Positions 55,768 through 64,000 of a stretch of DNA of 64,000 nt are shown in pieces. The DNA is from Eledone cirrhosa (taxonomy: Eukaryota), in NCBI GenBank assembly GCA_964016885.1, contig OZ024741.1, positions 292,144,001 to 292,208,000 on the forward strand, given 5' to 3'. The translations under genes were made by a program, and so were the position numbers. How positions within the stretch are numbered: position 1 is the first letter of the stretch; the number at the start of each line of letters is the position of its first letter. Under the pieces are notes generated by a model. The model was given only the letters and a program-made list of their open reading frames with translations. It ran no database searches and was not told the DNA's origin.

Positions 55768-56716
55768 GGAGATAGAATCCGACAGGCTTTTAAAATGCTC
55801 AACAAACGTCGTATATCAATATTGTGCTTCTATGATTCCATCAGGAATTATAGGTCCATACAGAAATATATATTGAACTGGTGTTACGCGAACTCACGTA
55901 CACACACACACACACGCACACATATATATATATACAAATATATACATATGAAATAGAGAGAGAGAGAGAGAGGTTAGAGAGATACTTTCTGTAGGCAATC
56001 GCCAAACACCTCCAGTTCTGTCATTCCACAGTGTCATTATAAACCTCTAATTAGAGATCAAATAGAAACAGTAAAACCGCGAAATAGACCTGTGCAATTG
56101 CATTATTAATTACATCCACTCTATACTTTCTACAGTGAGTATCATTTCTAAAGCGGTTATCCAACTATTAACCGTTCCCCATTGAATCCCTTATGTATCA
56201 CACTTGGTCTATAGATAATTCATCAACCACTTATCACCTGTGAGCTAACAAACAGGACATGTTGTTGGACTGTTTGTCTTTAATGTCCCAGATAACGAGG
56301 GGTTATCACACCTATTCGATATTATCTTTTCAACAACGGGATTAAGTGTGAACATATGAAGAAATTATAAATTAACAGCCAAGATTATGATAAAAATAGC
56401 ATTAAATATATTAGTGGCTTAGTGCGTAGGGTGTTCGATTCTTGGACTGGGTTATGTAGTGTGTTCTTGAGGAAAACACTTCATTTCACGTTATTCCGGT
56501 ATATTCAGCTGAATATGAGCACCAGAACACCAGCAGTATGTTTAACCCTACTGTACACACACACACACACACATATATATGTAAAGTTATATCTGTATAC
56601 TTGCAGAGTCAGTAACCGAGACTGCACCAATATGTATATAAATATACACATATTTAATATGTAAATAGGCCAGAAAATATAAATTCTTCCGTAAATTGAA
56701 AAATATATAATAAACA

Positions 56717-56755
56717 CTTTTAATCGATTTTCGGACCTAACTTAACCGTTATCAA
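56717..56755 (-). ncRNA. Hammerhead motif with U3-A8 core, 5' strand of stem I lost (family G)
   Basis: TTGATAA CGG-ttaagttaggt-CC GAAA ATCGAT TA AAAG; host repeat ~56605-56755, related to ~38385-38550. Confidence 0.55.
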
Positions 56756-57051
56756 TATATATATATATATATATATATACATATGAAACTGTGTGTGTGT
56801 ATTATACATATAAATCAGTGTATATAGAAACCTATATATACATGTATATGTAGCAAACATGCAACGAACTTCAACACAGTTTCTATCTAACGAATTTCAC
56901 TCGCAAGTCATTTATCAACCCGGAGCTATAGTAGAAGACACTTGCCCAAAATGCCATGTAATGGATATGATGGTGAAACGTCTAGGCTGTAAAGTAAAGC
57001 AAACTTCTGAAACACACAACTAAACTATTTGTGAGCCTGTATTTGAAATAC

Positions 57052-57360
57052 ATTGGCAGAATCGTTCCAATGTCGGATGAAGTGCATTGTGTAATTAATT
57101 CTGTTAGAGTGGTTTACTTTTAAATCCCAACGAGGCTAATTTTGCCGTCATCTTTCTAAGGTCGATAAAATAAAGTAGCAGTGGAGTACAGGGGTTAATT
57201 AAATGGACTTGCTCTGCCCCCAGATTACTGGCCTTGTGCTTAAATTTGAAACTATTATTTACTTTCAGTACTTTACATTCTGAGTTCAACTTTCGCCCGT
57301 GGTTAACTTTGCCTTTCATCCATACAGGGTCTATATACAATAAAGTACCAGTCATGTACT
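57052..57360 (+). mobile_element. Two diverged tandem SINE family A copies
   Basis: TTGGCAGAATCG head, GTCGATAAAATAAAGTA, GGCCTTGTGC tail; second copy from ~57270. Confidence 0.75.
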
Positions 57361-58174
57361 AGTGCTGGTTTATGTTGCCATAATACATCCAACATCTCCC
57401 TGACGGGTAGATCTACAACCCACTTTGGGGTGGATGAGAGATGTCTTCACTAGTGAAAATGGGTAAAGCTTTCATTATGTAAAATCTCCCCATTTTGCCT
57501 CATTTCTCTTCGTTTTGAGGCATGTTTCTTTTTCATAGTACTCCCCGTTTGGATTTTTAGAGATTGGCAGGTCTGCATATAAATGATAAAGATCAGAGGA
57601 ATCTTTCTTTATGTTGGAAGGCCATATAGAAATTACTTGGCATCCAAGGGGGGCTTATTAAAAAAAATAATTAATTCGCTAATCTCAGTTACTTTACGAA
57701 ATATAGCTACAAATATAAATAAAGAAATATAAGTGGGTTTTTCTACGAACAGATAGACGTTAAATAAAATGAAATCAGTCAAAATATATTCCCGTATGAA
57801 TATTTGCCTTCGAACGTCATGCTGCTTGCAGATAGCTACACTTAGTCATTAGGAAGGCCACATACGAAGCTTAAGGCAGGAAGTTCTGCATCCCAGGTAT
57901 AGAGCACTGCAATTGCTGGTGGACTGTCTAAGAAGAATATCCTAGTTGTATGACCGATAAAACAGTGGCAATCACGATGTTTAAAACTTTGACTTTTACT
58001 ATGAAATTTTATAAACCTCTTTAGTCATTTGATGCACATAGTATGATGATGAGGAGGAGAAGGGGAAGAAGGTGATGATGATGACGAGGAGGAGGAGGTG
58101 GAGGAGAGGAGATAATAATGATGATTATGATGACGAGGAGGAGGGGAGGAAATAATAATGATGATTACGACGAC

Positions 58175-58206
<32 letters not shown>

Positions 58207-58600
58207 GGAAGATGATGATGATGATGATGATGATGAGGAAGATGATGATGATGATGATGATGATGAGGAAGATGATGATGACAAATGCAACCGAGATATG
58301 TCATAATAACAGTAGAAAATTCAATGAAGTAATCAAAATTTTACACAAATCGTCGTGGCAAGCATCTGCATCACACTGCAACACAATGCATTTCTCATTG
58401 CACTATATAATGCATCCATCACTGCATGATATAATGCATCTATCACTGCACTATATATTGCTTCTATCCCTGCATTACATAAACTATATTAATGTATGAA
58501 TGCAGCTAATCTGAAGAATGACATCGGCAGCAATTTCTCTGCGCATCGATACACATACACACACACATGGACACACAGACACACACAGACACACACACAC

Positions 58601-58631
<31 letters not shown>

Positions 58632-59472
58632 CACACGCGCATGCGCACGCACACGATTATATGCTTATATGCACACTTAACACCAGTACACACTAATTTA
58701 CACATTTAGAAACACAGGTGCATACACACATACATATGCCCCTTCCGTTCGTATATGAACACAAAAACACACATGCATATATACCTACACATATTCACGC
58801 AGTTATAGTTATACATGCACATACTCGTACACACACATAAAATCACCTATACACATACTCACTCACATACAACATAGTCACTCATACAAATGTTGACACA
58901 CAAACAAAAGATAGTTATATGTATTTATACCCATACTGAAATATATACTAACTTCCACAACGACATAACATTACACATACATACACAATACATACAAAAA
59001 TCCATTTAATATATTAAACAGGAATAAGGAACTCTACAATAAGCCCATACATATACATATACACATACACATATGTATAAAAATATTTACACATTCATAT
59101 ACGCTGATACCCATTGGCAGATTCAGATACAACACATATACATTGAAACATATATGCGCGTACATTCATACACATTCATACACATTCATACACATACACA
59201 CACAAACATACAAACATACATACATATACACACATGTATATATATACTTACACACACCAACATATATACATATATATACACACATGTATATATACATACA
59301 CACACTAACATATATACATATATATACAGACATGAATATATACATACACACACTAACATATAGGAATACATATACACACGTGTACTTATATAAACGCACA
59401 ACAGCATATATACATATATATACACACGTGTTCATACAAATATGCACAATATATACATACATTAACACAGAG

Positions 59473-59503
<31 letters not shown>

Positions 59504-59566
59504 TTATATACACACATGTATATATACATATACACGCCAACATATATGCATACATCAATATATATA

Positions 59567-59755
59567 TAACGAAGGAGGTGTGGTAAGGAACCAGATGGAC
59601 CATAACGCACCAGAGTACTTAATATTTAGGGAGGTAGAGTGGGTAATAGAAAAATGTTTAGCCCCGACGGCAGAGCTCAAGTCGTTACAGCGACTATTTC
59701 TGGACTCAGAAATAGCCGTCGAAACGGCTTGAGCTCTGCCGTCGGGGTTAAACAT

Positions 59756-59760
<5 letters not shown>
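59567..59760 (-). mobile_element. Fold-back element family H (diverged subfamily)
   Basis: Arms ~59649-59702/59707-59758; AGCCGTC GAAA CGGC..GCCG TC GGGG. Confidence 0.85.
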
Positions 59761-59807
<47 letters not shown>

Positions 59808-59979
59808 ATATCCAAACATACATGTAAAAATACATACTTACACCAACATATATATTCATACATCCACATGTACATGTGCATACAGACACCAACATGTATA
59901 CATACATATACACACGTATACAGATACATACGCACATAGTACATATACATACACAAATAGTACATATACATACACTAGA

Positions 59980-61980
59980 TAGTACATATACATAGACACA
60001 CCAACATATAAACATACATATACAAGAATGCACATATACATATACACACACATACAATAACACACATGTACATATACATACACCCATCAACATATAAACA
60101 TACTTACATATACACGCATGTAGATATACATATACACACACATACATATGCATACACCCACCAACACAAGCATACTTACATATACACACACATACATATA
60201 CATACACCCACCAACACATAAACATACTTACATATACACACACATACATATACATACACCCACCAACACATAAACATACTTACATATACACGCATGTAGA
60301 TATACATATACACACACATAGATTTACATACACCCACCAACACATATAAACATACTTACATATACACGCATGTAGATATACATATACACACACATACATA
60401 TACATACACACACCAACACATAAACATACTTACATATACACGCATGTAGATATACATATACACACACATACATATACATACACACACAAACATATAAACA
60501 TACTTACATATACACGCATGTAGATATACATATACACACACATACATATACATACACACACCAACACATAAACATACTTACATATACACGCATGTAGATA
60601 TACATATACACATATACATATACATACATCCATCAACATATAAACATACTTACATATAGACACATACTTATAAATACACCCACCAACACATATAAACATA
60701 CTTACATATACACGCATGTAGATATAGATATATACACACATACATATACATGCACCCACCAACACATAAACATACTTACATATAGACACCCATACATGTA
60801 CATACACACACCAACATATAAACATACTTACATATACACGCATGTAGATATACATATACACACACATACATTTACATACACCCACCAACACATATAAATA
60901 TACTTACATATACACGCATGTAGATATACATATACACACACATACATATACATACACCCACCAACACATAAACATACTTACATATACACGCATGTAGATA
61001 TACATATACACATATACATATACATACATCCACCAACATATAAACATACTTACATATACACGCATGTAGATATACATATACACACACATACATTTACATA
61101 CACCAACCAACACATATAAACATACTTACATATACACGCATGTAGATATACATATACACACACATACATATACATACATCCACCAACACATAAACATACT
61201 TACATATACACGCATGTAGATATACATACACACACACATACATTTACATACACCCACCAACACATATAAATATACTTACATATACACGCATGTAGATATA
61301 CATATACACACACATACATATACATACACCCACCAACACATAAACATACTTACATATAGACACACATACATATACATACACACACCAACATATAAACATA
61401 CTTACATATACACGCATGTAGATATACATATACACACACATACATATACATACACACACCAACATATAAACATACTTACATATACACGCATGTAGATATA
61501 CATATAGACACACATAAATATACATACACCCACCAACATATATAAACATACTTACATATACACGCATGTAGATATACATATACACACACATACATATACA
61601 TACATCCACCAACACATAAACATACTTACATATAGGCACGCATACATATACATACACACACCAACATATAAACATACTTACATATACACGCATTTAGATA
61701 TACATATACACACATACATATACATACACACACCATCATATAAACATACTTACATATAGACACACATACATATACATACACACACCAACATATAAACATA
61801 CTTACATATACACGCATGTAGATATACATATACACACATACATATACATACAGCCACCAACATATAAACATACTTACATATACACGCATGTAGATATACA
61901 TATACACACACATACATATACATACACACACCAACATATAAACATGCTTAAATATAGATACAGCCACCAACATATATATA
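59980..61980. repeat. ~45-70 bp minisatellite AACATAAACATACTTACATATACACGCATGTAGATATACATATACACACACATACATATACATACACCCACC
   Basis: About 30 units over 2 kb. Confidence 0.95.
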
Positions 61981-62186
61981 CATACATTCACAAGAGTGGC
62001 TATGTCAACAAGGAGAGCAACAACAATATCATCAGGGACATATATTATATTTACACAGGGAACATGGCAATATTATATTCAATATTCATCTTTACATTGA
62101 TATCTTTGATTTATTATATTGTCTAGGATATACGTGCATACCGGTGTGTGTACATAGAAAACATATTTCACATCTATGTATACGTA

Positions 62187-62245
<59 letters not shown>

Positions 62246-62282
62246 CCATAGAAAGCATATATTTCACATCTATGTATACGTA

Positions 62283-62369
<87 letters not shown>

Positions 62370-62635
62370 ACATAGAAAACATATATTTCACATCTATGTA
62401 TACGTATGTGTGTGTGTATATATATAATACTATAAAGAGAGACGAACACATATATACATATATGCGTTCAAATCACAAGGGACAAAAAACGCATTTGAAT
62501 GAATAAGTGTATATATCGTGTTCGTCTATCGTTATGGTATTATTAGGCTCGAAACATTTTTTCCTTGAGCTACATGGATTATAAGGGACTAATTTGAGTT
62601 TTTAAGTCAATATATACTTTTCATATATATATATA

Positions 62636-62937
62636 GTTTTTGCGAGGTTTTTTATATGAAATCGTGTGTCGAAACAAATATTGTTATACTTGGGGAGGAA
62701 ACAATAGCACCACTGACGATGTTGCAGATGTGCAACGAAAGAACTTTGATAGACTATATATATGTGTTTGTGTCTATATTGTATCTGTATTTTTGACCGT
62801 TGGTCAGTCAATGGCAACATTGAGGAACGAATAGATTAAATTAACCGATATAAAAGATACAGAAGCGAAAACCAACCAAACTGTTATTAATTCTGGCAAT
62901 ATTTCACAAATATGACCCTCCCCAAGTATAACAATAT
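62636..62937 (+). mobile_element. Family B-related element with intact hammerhead (62711-62748) and inverted 3' end
   Basis: CA CTGACGA T GTTGCA-gatg-TGCAAC GAAAG AA CTT TG; ATATTGTTATACTTGGGGAGG / CCTCCCCAAGTATAACAATAT inverted pair; in (TA)n. Confidence 0.8.
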
Positions 62938-63086
62938 ATATATATATATATATTGCCCATGGAGTACGCTGAGATACAACCGGTCCTGGCATTGATAAAT
63001 ATGGTGGGTCCATCAATTCCTTATTATATTTATCTATATATTTGTTTCCTCGGTCCGATTTGACGAAAGTCGATCGTTCCTATATA

Positions 63087-63133
<47 letters not shown>

Positions 63134-63210
63134 ATATGTATATATACATACACATATATGTATATGTGTATATATATGTATATGTGTATATATACACCTG
63201 TATATGTATG

Positions 63211-63809
63211 TCAGGTCACCAGTTGGTGCTACTGGTAACATGTATCCCAGTATAACCTGTCTCATGGTCGGGTCGTTGGCGACTAAACTGGCAACCCCAC
63301 CAAGGTTTCTTGGTGAGGAGGGTGACTTTGGACATCCTGCAGGACTAAAAACAAAACCTGTCAAAGGGCAAAGGAGCTCTTGAGAGTCAATGTCCATCCC
63401 AAATCACCGGGAGAGATGACCCCTTAGCCTTTGTCAAGGCAGAATTCTAGGAGAAGGAAAACTCTGATATAACACCTGCAACCCTGATGGTATCCAATGA
63501 TGTTAACTTGTTCTTCTTTTTGGTAAATATCATCTTGGTTAAGAGAGTGGGACTGGCTTTGTGCAGTGCCTTTGCTCACTATAAAAGCTTCACGGCACAG
63601 GCATTGCTTTATATCTGGAGATCTCTCTGCACTTGTCATCACATGGGCCCAGCACTATGTGTCAATAATTGTCACAAGTGTAGTGTTTGTACCAGAGTTT
63701 TCAAGTCGCTGGCTGGACTAAAAAGTCACACTCGTTCAGCGCATCGGTAGGAGTTCTCCTACATGGATATAAAGTAGTGGCTGTACTCGAAAACGAGTTG
63801 GCAGCCACC
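63211..63809 (+). mobile_element. Internally deleted RTE-type element (~600 bp) with C-terminal C2H2 finger remnant
   Basis: 5' part with RTE-like UTR motifs (GGCAACC, GAGAAGGAAAACTCTGAT); 3' part encodes HKCSVCTRVFKSLAGLKSHTRSAH*; ATATGTATG on both sides. Confidence 0.65.
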
Positions 63810-64000
63810 ATATGTATGCATATATGTGATGGCTGCAAACTCTGCTAAGAGCATTACAATCGCTTGTCAAATTATAGAATTTGGTGCCCTTTTAGGCTAC
63901 CGCTAGCCACACGATCCTGTAACATGTCCTGAACAAGCAATGCCTGTGCTTTGAAGGGTTTTTTAAGTGGGGAAAGGATTTGCACTCGACCAATCCCACT

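Overview
AT-rich, microsatellite-dense eukaryotic DNA with no recognisable intact host protein-coding gene. The repeat content resembles a cephalopod (octopus-like) genome; that is an inference. Almost all long ORFs in the track are translated (TA)n, (CA)n, (TACA)n or trinucleotide repeats. Real coding signal comes only from retroelement and transposon remnants: three 5'-truncated Penelope-like elements (PLEs) with RT C-terminus/GIY-YIG at 4.3-13 kb, RTE, R4/Dong-like and Tx1-like LINE ends, and a hAT transposase tail. There are also more than 20 copies of a tRNA-headed SINE and several Tc1/mariner, pogo and hAT MITEs. The most striking pattern is a dispersed set of type I hammerhead ribozyme motifs, about 12 complete or near-complete, in at least 7 sequence families. 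They sit near the 3' ends of the PLEs and in short non-coding elements, mostly within (TA)n tracts. Several carry a compensatory U3-A8 core (UUGAnAA). Many of the short elements are fold-back palindromes whose symmetry axis falls on a hammerhead stem-loop, suggesting ribozyme-hairpin-guided snap-back during reverse transcription or integration.
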